Positions 23,603 through 35,834 of a stretch of DNA of 64,000 nucleotides are shown piece after piece; within the stretch, counting starts at the first letter, position 1, and every line of letters starts with the position of its first letter. The translations under genes were made by a program, and so were the position numbers. The notes below the pieces were generated by a model. It worked only from the letters and a program-made list of their open reading frames with translations. It ran no database searches and had not been told where the DNA came from. This DNA comes from Octopus vulgaris. Its lineage: Eukaryota. Location of the stretch: positions 108,686,001 to 108,750,000 of the forward strand of contig OX597818.1 of NCBI GenBank assembly GCA_951406725.2, given 5' to 3'.

Positions 23603-23879
23603 TATATATATAAGAGTGAGAGCAGCTGCAATAGCTTTGAAGTAGTTGAGTTTGCTTATGATTTTTTCTTTTGTGTGTGTGTGTGTGTGTATGTGTGCCT
23701 TTAATTAAGGAAAGGAGAAGTGAAATCCATGTTCTGTACTTTCCAGTGCACAAACACCTTTCATTTCATATCAAATAGAATTTCATGGCCTCAGAAATAG
23801 TTTAATTAGCAATCAACTTCTGAAATCAACTTACAACTGCAAATTTTACATCAGTTCATGATGCAACAACCAGGTTGTT

Positions 23880-24830
23880 TAGTTACCCTCTCGCTTCCCA
23901 ACAGACCATGTCACCAAATGAGGGACTTTGTTGAAGGCTTTCTACAGGTCAAAGAATGCCAAGGCCAATGGTTTACTTCTGCTGCAGTCGTCTTCTTACT
24001 AAGAAGAGGGCATCAGTGGCTCTTTTCCCAGCACAAAACCAAACTGCACTTCGTCTGGTCCAGCAATTTGACACACCTGTAATCACCTCACATTTATGCT
24101 TGTGACAGCTGACTTAATGCTGCTACACCACTTGTCAAGTATGACACCTGCTTGAACAACCTGATTAACTACACAGGTGACAAGACTGTATCCTACTCTG
24201 TCGGATATTTTAAGCATCTCAGCAGTAATTCCTGATGAACCAGGAGCTTTCCCTGTCTTCATATTCTTAATTACTTTATCTATGATGCTGCTGTGAACGC
24301 AGGTAGCCTTATCCCTCTGTAAGACCAACAGTGGGAAGACCATCTTCCTCCCTAATATTCTCCATGTTTTAACAGCCTTTCAGAATAGCATTTCTAAGCT
24401 TCTTTCTTTTCAGAATCAATGAGTGCAAGAGTACCATTATCCATTCCCACTAATTTCATACCCACAGCATCCAGATTTTTCTCTAAAGACTGCTTATAAT
24501 CCAGAACATGCCTCTGACCCCCATACTGTAGAATATTGGCAAATCTCCCCCTTTCTTTTACTCCCTTTGCTATGTAAACGTGTCACCAAAGGTCCCTTCT
24601 AGCCACCAGCTGTATTTCTCTGCAAACCTCATTCTGCCAGTCCTTCCAAGCTTCTCTCTATGCCTTAAATAACTCTCTCCCCCACCACCATGTGACACTC
24701 GCTTTGGCCATGACTTTACACCTGCCACAGATTTGCTCAGTAGCTCTTAGTAAGTTGCTCAACACGAGCTTCCAGGCGTCCTCTGTGCAGAACGTGTTTG
24801 AACTCTTCCTTATTTTCAGGAAAAGCCTCA
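23880..24830 (-). mobile_element. Degenerate RTE ORF (endonuclease-RT linker / RT start)
   Basis: IKNMKTGKAPGSSGITAEMLK and a DL.KAFNKVP-like motif. Confidence 0.75.
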
Positions 24831-25217
24831 TCTAAGAATGTCTCTAAGTTTCTGTCTGATGGGTTTTTCAGTTTCCTTCTTTTTCACACTGGTTTGTTTC
24901 TCTGAATCTCTTTGGTCTGAAGTCACTGATGGGAGTGTGGCTACACACACACACACACACATTGTAGGTAAGACTGTGTGGTTGCTTCCCAAGCACAGGA
25001 CAAGCTTCTTCCACCTGCCAAATTTACTCACAAGGCTTTGGTCAGCCTAGGGCTATAGCAAGAGACACTTGCGTTAGGTGCTCTTCACAGGGATTGAACA
25101 TAGAACCATCATGTGAATAGGAAGCAAGCTTTTCAATGATATAAACATGCTTGTGTGTGTGTGGCACTCATTTACATATGTATACTAGCTTAAAACTTGG
25201 TCAACTTGGAACTTATT

Positions 25218-25530
25218 CAGTTCTATATTTAAGAGATGAGGAATTATGAACATTATTTACATTTTACAGATATTTGTCCTCATCTTGTTTGTTGTTAACA
25301 CGTTTCAGCTGATATACCCTCCAGCCTTCATCAGGTGTCTTGGGGAAATTTTGAACCTGGATTCTCATTCCTAAGGTATTTTTCAATGTTGTTGTTATTA
25401 TTATTATTATTATTCAGGTCACTGCCATATACCCATGGACATATGGCATAGTGGTTAAGAGTACGGGCTACTAATCCCAAGATTCTGAGTTCGATTCAAG
25501 GCAGTGACCTGAATAATGATAATAATAAGA
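25218..25530. mobile_element. Hammerhead-containing element, copy 2; tRNA-like cassette points away from the ribozyme
   Basis: Hammerhead motif on minus 25297-25339; inverted repeats 25411-25426 / 25500-25515; A box TGGCATAGTGG and B box GAGTTCGATTC on plus. Confidence 0.85.
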
Positions 25531-25704
25531 ATGATATTAATAATTATATACCTACTGTTACTTTCACCCCATCATGAGGAATAGTGGGAGTGTCATTGAA
25601 TAGTGAGAGAGGGGCGGTCTAAGTGTGACACACTGACACACAGAAATTAGTTTCCGCATTTATCATATTAGATATGTGTGTATATAGTTGACATATATAT
25701 GAGA

Positions 25705-25737
<33 letters not shown>

Positions 25738-26172
25738 TTTGTGTCTCCTTGTCTTGGCATTGTGTGATAGTTGTAAACAATTGTCACTGTCATACAAGCA
25801 GTGAGAACCTGCCTGGCAGCCATGGGGGAAATCTTAACTTGCATGAGAACATGTAAGGGTTAGTGTCAGGGAAGGCACCCAGCCAAAGAAAAGTCTTCAA
25901 CAAATTATGCCTGATCCATGCAAGCATCGAAAAGTGGATGTTAAAATAATGATGATGATGATCTCTCATACACACATATACACACACAAAAACATGCACA
26001 CAGAGGCACGTGTGTGTGTGTGCGTGTGATGGTGGGGAAGTGTATCATGTGGTGGAGTGGCTGTGTACTGACAGGGAAGAGCCATACATTAAGCAGCTTC
26101 CTGATTTGCAATACGAACCAGTCATTGGTTGTGAGTTGGAAGAACATAACAAGCACTGCTGCACCAAATGTA

Positions 26173-26174
<2 letters not shown>

Positions 26175-26243
<69 letters not shown>

Positions 26244-26440
26244 CATATATATGTGTGTATGTATGTATAAATACATATATATTTATGTGTGTATGTATGT
26301 ATAAATACATATATATTTATGTATGTATAAATACATATATATTTAAGTATGTATGTATAAATATATATATATGTGTGTATATATATAAGTATAAATATAT
26401 GTATGTGTGTATATATATATATATCATCATCATCATCATA
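26175..26440. repeat. Compound (CT)n/(TA)n/TATG microsatellite
   Basis: Directly visible. Confidence 0.9.
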
Positions 26441-26772
26441 TATGATGGGTGATATGCACAGATACTCGTATGTATGTATTCTCTACCCCCATATACACAC
26501 ACACATTCACCCAGGCATTGCATTTAATAGTAAATATGAAACACTGCAACAATTAAGTGAGAGAGGAAATGTATTTTAAGGACAAAAACAAGAACAGATT
26601 TAATATTTTCCTTTTCCTTGCTTTTCTTTTTTGATTTAATTCTTTTTTTTTTTTTTCACTTTTTTGCCTTCCTGCTTGCAATGAAATGTTGAATAAATCA
26701 ATAGAATTGATTCTCGTCTGATAGAGGAGCAAACTGGCGAACGTTTCGTACAGTGTATGTCACACTAAGTAT

Positions 26773-26853
26773 TCACCTGAACTCTGATTCTCCGATCTGA
26801 TATACGAAGAAGTTTTCCGACTGCCACTTCACAAAGTTCATTTCAGCATTACT
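26773..26853 (-). CDS. Candidate exon SNAEMNFVKWQSENFFVYQIGESEFR-stop (or spliced at 26777)
   Basis: TTTAGCAG acceptor, open phase-0 frame, CAG|GTGAAT possible donor; CpG-retaining unique sequence. Confidence 0.3.
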   Translation of the reverse strand, partial: SNAEMNFVKWQSENFFVYQIGESEFR

Positions 26854-27307
26854 CTGCTAAACTAAACCAGAAGCCATGCGAGTGTGGTGTATGAAGTGGG
26901 GTGGGTGGGACTGCGAGCATGTAGTGAATTGCAGAGAGAGAGAGAGATAACGATGGATGCAGACAGGGAGGGAAGGATGACTTTACATAGTCCTCTGTTT
27001 TTACACACTCCAGTTGCTGGACTGTGGTCATACTGGATCACTGGGATAAAAGGTTTTTAGTGGATCAAATTGCACTCTTCTACAGTCAGAACGGATGAGG
27101 AGAGAACAAATGCATCTCAGTTAGATGGTCACCTCCTTCTGAAATGACTGGAAGTAGGAAGCAGTTGCTAGAGGGATGACAACTGTAAGGGATAACTTAA
27201 GGTATGGTAGTAAGGTATGGATATATACTTTAAAAACGGTTTGACTTGACCCCATCTGACTTGACATTTTGTGGGTGCATAGGGTGGATTTCTCTCATCT
27301 GATATAT

Positions 27308-29190
27308 ACATCATCATCATTTAATGTTTACCTTCCATGTTGGCATGAGTTGGATTGTTTGACAGGATCTGGCAAGCCAGAAGACTGCACTAAGCTTACT
27401 GCCTGCTTCGGTATGGTTCCTATGGCTGGATGCCTTTCCTAATGCCAACCACTCTACAGAATGTACTGGGTACTTTTTATCTGGCCCAACAGTTAGGCCA
27501 CCAAGTAAGTTTCAAGACAAAACTCTTCAACTGAGTGGTAAGTGGTTTTGGGATTGGTGGCTTTGTACCTGGTGATGACTGGTTAGAGTATGACAGAGGG
27601 CTAGAAAAAGGAGTCCTGTGGTAGAGGAGATACACAGCTACTTCAGCTGGAGAAGAAGATGTATTGGGGTGTATGTAAGTGAAGTAGCACAGAGGATTGG
27701 ATTGGGTGAGTGAACAAGTGTGACGGATGGGTTATTAAGAAGATATGTTGTGAAGGAGTTTTATCATGGACAGACTGTGTGCAGGAGCATAGACATAAGA
27801 CATGCCTTTAGGGTCTTAATTTTACTAGGATGGGTGGGTGTTTTCAAGCCCAGCAAATTATCAATTATCTCCTGTGAGGCCCAAAATCTGGAAGTGCTTT
27901 TTCACCATTTTGTCCCATGTTTTCCTGGGCCTTCTTCTAACATGGATTCCATCCATGTTTAGCAATCGGCAGTTCTTTATGCAACAGACCTCATCCATAC
28001 ACATCTCAAGATCTTACCAGCACAGACTTCTCTCTTGCACACTACATCTGATGCCTCTTCTCTCAACACATACATGCTTTGTTGCACATGCACACTGACA
28101 TTGTACATCCAGTGGAACATGCTAGCTTCATTGCTTTCTATCCTTTGAATGTCCTCTGCATTCACTGTCTGTTTCACAACTCTGCAGCACAGATTTCCAT
28201 ACACAACATCATACAATCTGTCCTTCATTCTGAGGGAGAGTCTCTTTGTTGCAAACAACATTTGAGCGAGGCCGTTGACAGTGCAGCCAGACTGGCTCCC
28301 ATGCTGGTGGCACATAAAAACACCTTTTGAGCATGGTCATTGCCAGAACCGCTTGATTGGCCCTTGTGCCGGTGGCATGTAGAAGCACCCACTGCACTCT
28401 CGGAGTGGTTGGCATTAGGAAGGGCATCCAGCTGTAGAAACTTTGCCAGATCAGATTGGAGCCTGGTGCAGCTTTCTGACTCACCAGTCCTCAGTCAAAC
28501 TGTCCAAACCATACCTGCATGGAAAGCAGACATTAAATGATGATGATGATGATTCTTGCAACTATGCTTTCAGAAGCTTCCTCTTTCACTGCTAATTTGG
28601 TCACCTAGGTAGCAGAAACTCTATCTAAGGATCCTAATCGGAATTGGTGGAAATCTATTTCCTGTGTATTCTGAATGTTTAATGCATCTGCACATTTGCC
28701 ACGTGTAAAGACCACTTTCTCTGGTAACCTTCCTATGTTACATCTGCACCATTCATGTGTCAATAGCTTACACTGGGAACACCACAGGATGTCTACCAAC
28801 ACCTTTTATACATATGGACCAAGACCGTTTCTCTGAAGGGAGTGGCAATTTGTCTTCTTTCCAGCTTACTAGTACTTTTCCCTTTGATTACAGACCTTGC
28901 TTGCATACCTGAAATTTCTTCTCTAATTCTACTATAGACTCAGCTTACAAGGACAAGGACGTCAGTGGTGAGGAGCTCCCAAGGGCAACCAGTTTTAAAT
29001 TACCCTGCTGTGGCTCGACACCTATAATAAACAAGAACGGGCTGAGAAGTAATAGTTGATGAACCCCTACCTGCACATTAAGATTTTGCTATATACACTG
29101 CTGACTTATACCTTACAGGCAGTACCCGGGTATGTGGCTTAAGCAGCTCTTGCCAGCCATTCATCTACCCCTAGCTTCCATAGCAATTAC
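27308..29190 (-). mobile_element. Old RTE copy (RT to tail) interrupted by a plus-strand RTE 3' UTR at ~28260-28552
   Basis: GCPWELLTTD (degenerate YADD) near 28960-28990; thumb ORF 27977-28255; (CAT)n tail at 27308. Confidence 0.7.
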
Positions 29191-29537
29191 TAGTGACTCT
29201 ACTGTTGAGCCACAGATGGTTGATTAGTCAATTAATTGACTAATTAATTTATTTATCTGATCATTAATTGTGAAACTCATGGGTATAGATTTAACTGAGA
29301 TTTCTTTTCATTCAAGTGTCTTGCTCGTTTATAAGCAATGTGCAATAAGTAAGAATGCTTTTTTCATAGTTTGGGTTTTGACTGCCCTCTCTAGCATGTA
29401 AGAAGTCCACATGGAGGTCTTCTTTCTGTGTATAAATTCTTATACACTCTTATGTTATAAAAATATTTAAGCCTCCTGACTTTTATTACGCATGCTAAAC
29501 ACTGGTATAAATGAATTTTTACCCTGTATATATATAT

Positions 29538-29917
29538 ATAGGCACAAGAGTGGGTGTGTAGTAAGTAGCTTGCTTACCAACCACATGGTTCCAGGTTCAG
29601 TTCCACTGCATGGCACCTTGAGCAAGTGTCTTCTACTATAGCCTCGGGACGACCAAAGCCTTGTGAGTGGATTTGGAAGATGGAAACTGAAAGAATCCCT
29701 TTGTATATATATATATGTGTGCGTGTTTGTGTGTTTGTCCCCCCAACATCGCTTGACAACTGATGCTGTGTTTGCATCCCCGTAACTTAGCAATTCAGCA
29801 AAAGAGACTGATAGAATAAGTACTATGCTTACAAAGAATGTCCTGAGTCAATTTGCTCGACTAAATGCGGTGCTCCAGCATGGCCACAGTCAAATGACAG
29901 AAACCAGTAAAAGAGTA
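29538..29917 (+). mobile_element. SINE family A, full length
   Basis: Family-A blocks, inserted in (TA)n. Confidence 0.9.
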
Positions 29918-29931
29918 AATATATATATATC

Positions 29932-30171
29932 AGATGGCACATAAAAGGCACCATCTGATCATGGTCGATGCCAGCTCCTCTGGCCCCTGTGCCGGTGACA
30001 CATAAACAGCACCCACTACACTCTCAGAGTGGTTGGCATTAGGAAGGGTATCCAGCTGTAGAAACACTACCAGATCAGATTGGGCCCTGATGCAGCCTCC
30101 TGTCTTCCCAGACCCCAGTTGAACCATCTAACCCATGCCAGCATGGAAAACAGACGTTAAATGATGATGAT
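29932..30171 (+). mobile_element. RTE 3' UTR fragment
   Basis: Repeat units, terminal block and GATGAT tail. Confidence 0.8.
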
Positions 30172-30189
30172 ATATAGAATGTATGTATG

Positions 30190-31300
30190 TATCATCCATT
30201 GTTGGTTCCATGTTTCTCGAACTGAAATGCAGAAAGCATATTTTTTAAAAATATTTTCTCATGATGTTTTCGAAAGCTTCCTTAATTTCTGCTATGTTTT
30301 CATGATGACAGCCCTTTAAGTTTCTTTTAAGCTGAGAAAAGAGATAAAAATGTATTCAAAGAATGGATTTGAGAAATCCTACTGCTATAGGCTGCTGCTT
30401 CATTGTCCTAAAACTCCATTTAATAATTTTCCTCGTTTGTTTCTGTCAAATGCCGTTTCTGGAATTGTTAATTGCTGCTCCATAGCACTGAACAGTCATA
30501 GTGTTGCCTGCATGGCAGCAATATTCCATGACACCTTTACGATGACACATAACGAAATTAACATCATCACCTTTGTTCCAACTGACTTTGTCATTATATT
30601 GGTTTGATGGAAGCTAGTGATACCTTAACTTGCCACATCATTGTCTGTTGTCGGCCGGTTGGATTCTATTCCCATACAGCCATATCTCATCACCAGTAAC
30701 AGTTTTTGTGACAAATCTTTGAGGATCATTGTTGAAAAATGCAAATGAAATCATTGCCCAACTCAACTCCTTTTCCATGATAAACACTTGTCAAAAATGT
30801 AGAATCTCATCTCATATTGTGACTGTTTAGATATCCATAAAATGATTGTTGTTGAGCAGAAGTTTTACTAACGTTCACCTAAAATGCAAAGTTTTGATGT
30901 TTGTTCTCATTGGGTCTGCTTCAAGTAGGTTCTTCTTCATCTCCTAGCTCTCCTCAGCTGTCAAAACTGAAGGATGTCGACTTTGCTCTTTATTCTCACA
31001 GAATTTCTAATCCTCTCTCATGTTTCTGGTATTTTCGACTGGTTTACACATCCATTCTCTCTACACATCATCAAACGTTTGACTCTGAAATCTTGATATT
31101 AAATTATCAAGTCTCCCTGCTGCCATATTACAATGTTTATTTCTGCATTAGTTGGCTTTCAACTTTTCATCGATGCATTTCTGTGGAAGTAAGCCAGATA
31201 TAAATGTAATTATATAACCTTTGAGTGAATTTTTTTAAGGCTTTTTAGGTTGCCCTCAATTATCAAAAGGTCCCAAGTAGATCTGGTTTCAAAAATGCTC
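30190..31300 (-). mobile_element. mariner transposase relic
   Basis: FVTKTVTGDEIWLYG (cf. ITGDETW) at ~30672-30720, then a KVM motif. Confidence 0.6.
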
Positions 31301-31577
31301 TGCAACTAGTTACTGTCAAAGAGGAAGAATGATTAACGACCAAATACACCCACTCACGCATGGCTGATAGACTTTGTTTGCCGCTTGGTTGTTACACCAC
31401 CAGTTTGTCTCTGAACATCTTTAACAGGGTTTTATCGATTGCAGGCATTTGGGTCGGGCATATGGCTTGAGTCTACCTTCCTAATCTCCTTTCTCTACAA
31501 GTCTTGCTGGATCAATAAAGCGTCTTGAGCACTTCCCTCTTACTAGGTGATACATAAGTATGTACATATGTATCCAT

Positions 31578-31995
31578 ACATGATGGCTGCCCCCTCGTTA
31601 TCGAGTATGGCCATTGCACGAAGCTTAACTGTTATTGGTGCTGTGATCGAACATGACTTTTTAGCCCAGCTAAAGATCTACAATGTCTTGTAAAGAATTG
31701 GCAACTAAAACCTTTACCGGTAATTGCCGGCTGTAGTTGTAACTGGGCTTCATGTACCTTTGCATGTCGTTTAAGTCCTCCTGCCCGAATGACACTCTCT
31801 TCCACATGCCCGACAGATATGATTAGTATGGTGTGTAACAACACCACCAGTGGCCAGGTTGTCACTCATCTGTCTCGCTTTATGACTACGAAGATGACTC
31901 TTGAGTCCAGCTTTAATGAGGCAGGGTCTTGCATAGACATTGCATGTCAGCATCATAGGAATATCACATCCAAAATGCATTCCTTCTTCAATCAA
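31578..31995 (-). mobile_element. RTE-like LINE 3' end with three C2H2-type zinc fingers
   Basis: TCNVYARPCLIKAGLKSHLRSH; ICRACGRECHS/AGGLKRHAKVH; SCQFFTRHCRSLAGLKSHVRSQH; short UTR, then (CATA)n-type repeat. Confidence 0.65.
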
Positions 31996-32329
31996 ATCAT
32001 TTCAAGATTATGAATTCGAAAGTACATTGTAATAATTTCAAAATGTCTTTATTAAACTCTTAAAAGTTCATAATTGCAAAAATACTTTCAAGTACATCAT
32101 TTCAAACAGTTTCACTTCCTACAGAAAATATTGCAATATATGTGTGTAGTGGCTTGCTGCCAGCCTTCATTTTCCATATATGGTGCATCTAAAAGGAAGT
32201 AGGAAGTAGATAACAAGGGAGGTAATACTGAATATGTTAGTGGACCCAAATGAAGTAGGGATGTAAGTTTTTGTACCTTGAATTATTCAAAAGTATAACA
32301 GGAAAAACATCTTATAAAAATTAGAAACA

Positions 32330-34320
32330 TGAATTTGAGATCGGTGTCAGTATTTCTTTAATGATTTAAAATTGCGAAATATTTTACAATAAAAAAAAAC
32401 AGGTTTCTTGATTTTTTGCTGTTCTGTTATATTTTCTGCCCATTGATATATATATTTCTTTATTGCCCACTGGGGACTAAACACAGAGGGGACAAACAAA
32501 GGGATTAAGTTGATTACATTGACCTCAGCACATAACTGGTACTTATTTAACTGACCCCAAAAAGTTGAAAGGCAAAGTTGACCTTGGCAGAATTTGAACT
32601 CAGAATGTAACGGCAGACGAAATACCGCTAAGCGTTTTGCCCAGCGTACTAACGATTCTGCCAGCTCACCGCCTTTTTCTGCCCATTGATATAATGGGAA
32701 AAGTTTAAAATTTGGAAGCAAAGTTCCTGTAGATATATCTAAATGCTCACCAAGCTGAATTTTTCTATTGTTCAGATCATGCATTTGCTATGGGTGAACT
32801 GTAATGTGTTTTTCAAGTGACATGACTGTTTGACCAACATAATTCTCACCACTCACAACATGCTGTAGCATAAATTAAGTTTCCTGAAAGGCATGCAATG
32901 TTATTTTTTATTTTAAGAATTTGGCCATGTTTGAAGCAAGACTTGGAGCGTTCAGATATTTTGATACAAATTCCATAATTTGATTTTCCGCATTTTTCAA
33001 CTGTCAGGTTCTGAGTGATGTTGATAGGTAGTTGTGGACTTGCTAAGCTTCTTCGATGGCTGTGAGTCTTTTTTATGATATATTTTTGCTTTTATAACAT
33101 TCTCCCCATTTCATGATCACATTTTAACAAGAATAAATTTTGCTTAATCATAATAAAGATATCGGTATTTTCAGGGCTGTGAATTGAGTTGTATGGTAAA
33201 ATGTTTGTTTCCATTTTGGCTTTTACTGCTCTTAAATCAATCACATCTCTTTCGTTTGCATTATTAATTAATGATTGTGAATAACATCTACTAATCAGAG
33301 TACCTTTTAGTCTTTTCTTTCTGGTGTTCGAATTTTATACAATGGTACATATTCGTTTTGCTTGATTGTACATGAGTGGCATGAACTAAAAAATAAACAT
33401 TGTCTCAAGCTTGTTGGTATATAGTAAACATCTGTCTCAGTTATGTTGTGTTTATCTTTTTATGAGTAATATATTTAAAATGGATAATTTAACCTTGCTG
33501 TATTCCATAGTAAACTGGTTATTTTGTTAATTCTATTTTTGAGAATCTTAAATTCAGTAAGTCTATCCAAACTTTCTTATAGTTATCTAAATATTTCATC
33601 CAATGACCCTTCAAGTACTTATAAAAATGTTTTCTATATTTCAACCCGGATTTTTCATATTTGAATTTCAAGGTATCCCATTTCTAAAATTGCTTATGTT
33701 GGGGCTATTTTGGTCTCCATTATCATTCCTCAATAATAAATTTTTATTTTATGTAATCTGGTAATTCATGAAGACATCAAGTCGAAAGCATATTGCTTCA
33801 ATTCCATATTTATGCAGTCTATTTGAATATAGAATAATCACATCAGAAGAAAGTATTAAAGTTTCTGCATCCATTGTACATGGAAAACAGCTTAACATAT
33901 CTGAGCTGTCTTTTATGTAGCTTTGTATATGGTTCAAGTATGGCTTTAGTTTTTTGTTCAAGAAATTGATTAGTCAGTAAGTTTCAGAAGAAATACCTTT
34001 CACTGTTGGTCATCCTTTAAAGTCATTTTGCCAGAGAACATTTCAGCAAGAAAATAAAGATTCTTTACAGGTAGCGTTTCTAACATTACTTTTGTCCAAA
34101 ATAACTGCTTGGCTCACAATTAAAATTGGTTAAGCTTAGGATGTTAATCTTTTGTATTATTATTTGCTGAATATAGTTGTTAATTTTCTTATAACTGCTG
34201 TTGTCTTCAAATATGTTCAGTTCAACCACATGGCTTTCTTTATCAGTTTCTTTTGTAACCAGTTTTCTATTGGGTTTCAATATTTTCCATTCTTTTAGCA
34301 TTGAAATAAAAACATACAGC
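32330..34320 (-). mobile_element. Penelope-like element: degenerate RT plus GIY-YIG endonuclease
   Basis: LKPYLNHIQSYIKDSSDML...SSDVIILYSN (cf. SFDV.SLYTN); GMIMETKIAP (cf. GTAMGT..AP); TDVYY.PT; CLSGNLIYA..C (GIY-YIG region). Confidence 0.8.
32455..32675 (-). mobile_element. SINE family B inserted in the Penelope endonuclease, 19-bp TSD
   Basis: TTTTCTGCCCATTGATATA at ~32432-32450 and ~32675-32693. Confidence 0.9.
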
Positions 34321-34399
34321 ATGGCTATGTGGTGAGAAGGTTGCTTCACAACCTTGAAACATGGAAACTGAAAGAAGCTTCTGTGTGTGTGTATATATA

Positions 34400-35130
34400 T
34401 ATATGAAGTAAAAGCATCTCTAGTGTTATAAATATTATTAATATATATATATACTTAATGTATAAGCTTTGTGTATTTTCTGGTGGCTGCAATGGCATGG
34501 CAGTTTGTACAAACTCTCAACTTGTCATGTGTTAAAAGACAGACAAGACGACACACCTTCAATCCCATTTCAGAGTAATCGACACTGGAATTTTGCCATT
34601 TTTGTGGCTTATCAACACCACCCAGCCAACAGGGTCGAAGGCAAGCCACTTAGCCAGTCCCAACAACTTATATGCTCATCGCTTGTAAAATCATGAGCTG
34701 GTATGCTCAGAAATTTAACACCCAGCGATTTAAGGGTTTATATTCTCTGCCACGCCATTGCAGCCACCTGAAAATCCACAAAGCACAGACATTAAGTTTA
34801 TGTGTTGTTAATATTTACTACTCTAGATCTGATTTTACTTCATATGTAAATTCTCCCTTAGCTATGCGACTTCCAGACCTACCAGCTCATGATTTTACAA
34901 GCCATGAGCCTATAAGTTGTTGGGACTGGCTAAGTGGCTTGCCTTCGACCCTGGTGGTTGGGTGGTGTTGATAAGCCACAAAAATGGCAAAACTCCAGTG
35001 TCCATTACTCCAGTACTTTACTGAGGTATCTTTTAAAACATGACAATTTGACCTCACTGCTATCCCATTGCAGCCACCAGAAAATACACAAAGCATATAC
35101 ATTAAGTATATGTGTTAATAATATATATAT
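34400..35130. repeat. Compound inverted repeat (A B / A' / B' A')
   Basis: 34450-34703 is inverted at 34880-35110; 34400-34495 is also inverted at 34755-34845. Confidence 0.85.
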
Positions 35131-35429
35131 ATGTGCAACTCTCTGACTTGCTAGCTCTGGTCAAGCTGTCCCACCGATGCCAGCATGGACAGCGAACATT
35201 AAGGGATGATGACAATGAAGTGCATGTGTGTGTATGTCTTTTCGTCCCCCATAATTGGGGTTGGTTTGTTTACATCCCTGTAACTAAGCAGTTCAACAAA
35301 AGGAATGGACAGGTTAAGAACCAGCCTTAAAAAAACAGTAAGTGCTGGTGTCAGTTCTTTTGATTAACATTAAAGGTGGTGCCCCAGCATGGCCATAGTT
35401 TAATGACTGAAACAAATAATCTATTATAT

Positions 35430-35805
35430 AAAATCCGTTGTGTGTGTGTGTGTTCTAGGATCTCGGGCATCCTCCATCTGATTGCACTCAAATTTGATAT
35501 GTTGATATCTACGATATCAGGGTGTGTATAAGCCTTGAAAAAATTACAAAAATCGATTCCAGGTGAGAATGCGATCGATAAAGCCGTGGGAACGTGTATT
35601 TGTACGCACAAGTACATCAGCTGTTGCGATCGATACTATGCATATGCAAGAAAAATGCACTTGCAGTTTGCGCAAAAAAAGCCAGCTGGCTTGAAATAAT
35701 GCCACAAAATGGCACGGTCGGACAAGTTGTTTTGAGAAAATTTGGTTTAAATGTTTGACAACTCAGCACCGTCCATTGGACGGTGGGGGGGCATTTTGCT
35801 TGTAA
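35430..35805 (+). mobile_element. Helentron/DINE-1-like element
   Basis: (TG)n, ATCTCGG...GATTGCACTCAAATTTGATATG block, terminal hairpin CACCGTCCA-T-TGGACGGTG, then GGGGGCATTTTGCTTGT. CpG-rich. Confidence 0.55.
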
Positions 35806-35834
35806 ATATAATATAAAGATGTTCACTTTTATTT

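Noticed and set aside
25444-25500. Functional tRNA gene
   Set aside because: A and B boxes are present but there is no convincing acceptor or anticodon stem, and it is embedded in a dispersed repeat; treated as a SINE head (likewise 53627-53682 and ~45730-45800).
27870-28552. Twin-priming inversion of a single RTE
   Set aside because: The minus-strand RTE continues beyond 28600 and has its own tail at 27308, so a nested plus-strand insertion is the simpler explanation.
32347-32784. Longest ORF in the first half (145 aa) as a host gene
   Set aside because: Chance read-through of the Penelope endonuclease tail, an inserted SINE and its TSD (YQWAE occurs twice).
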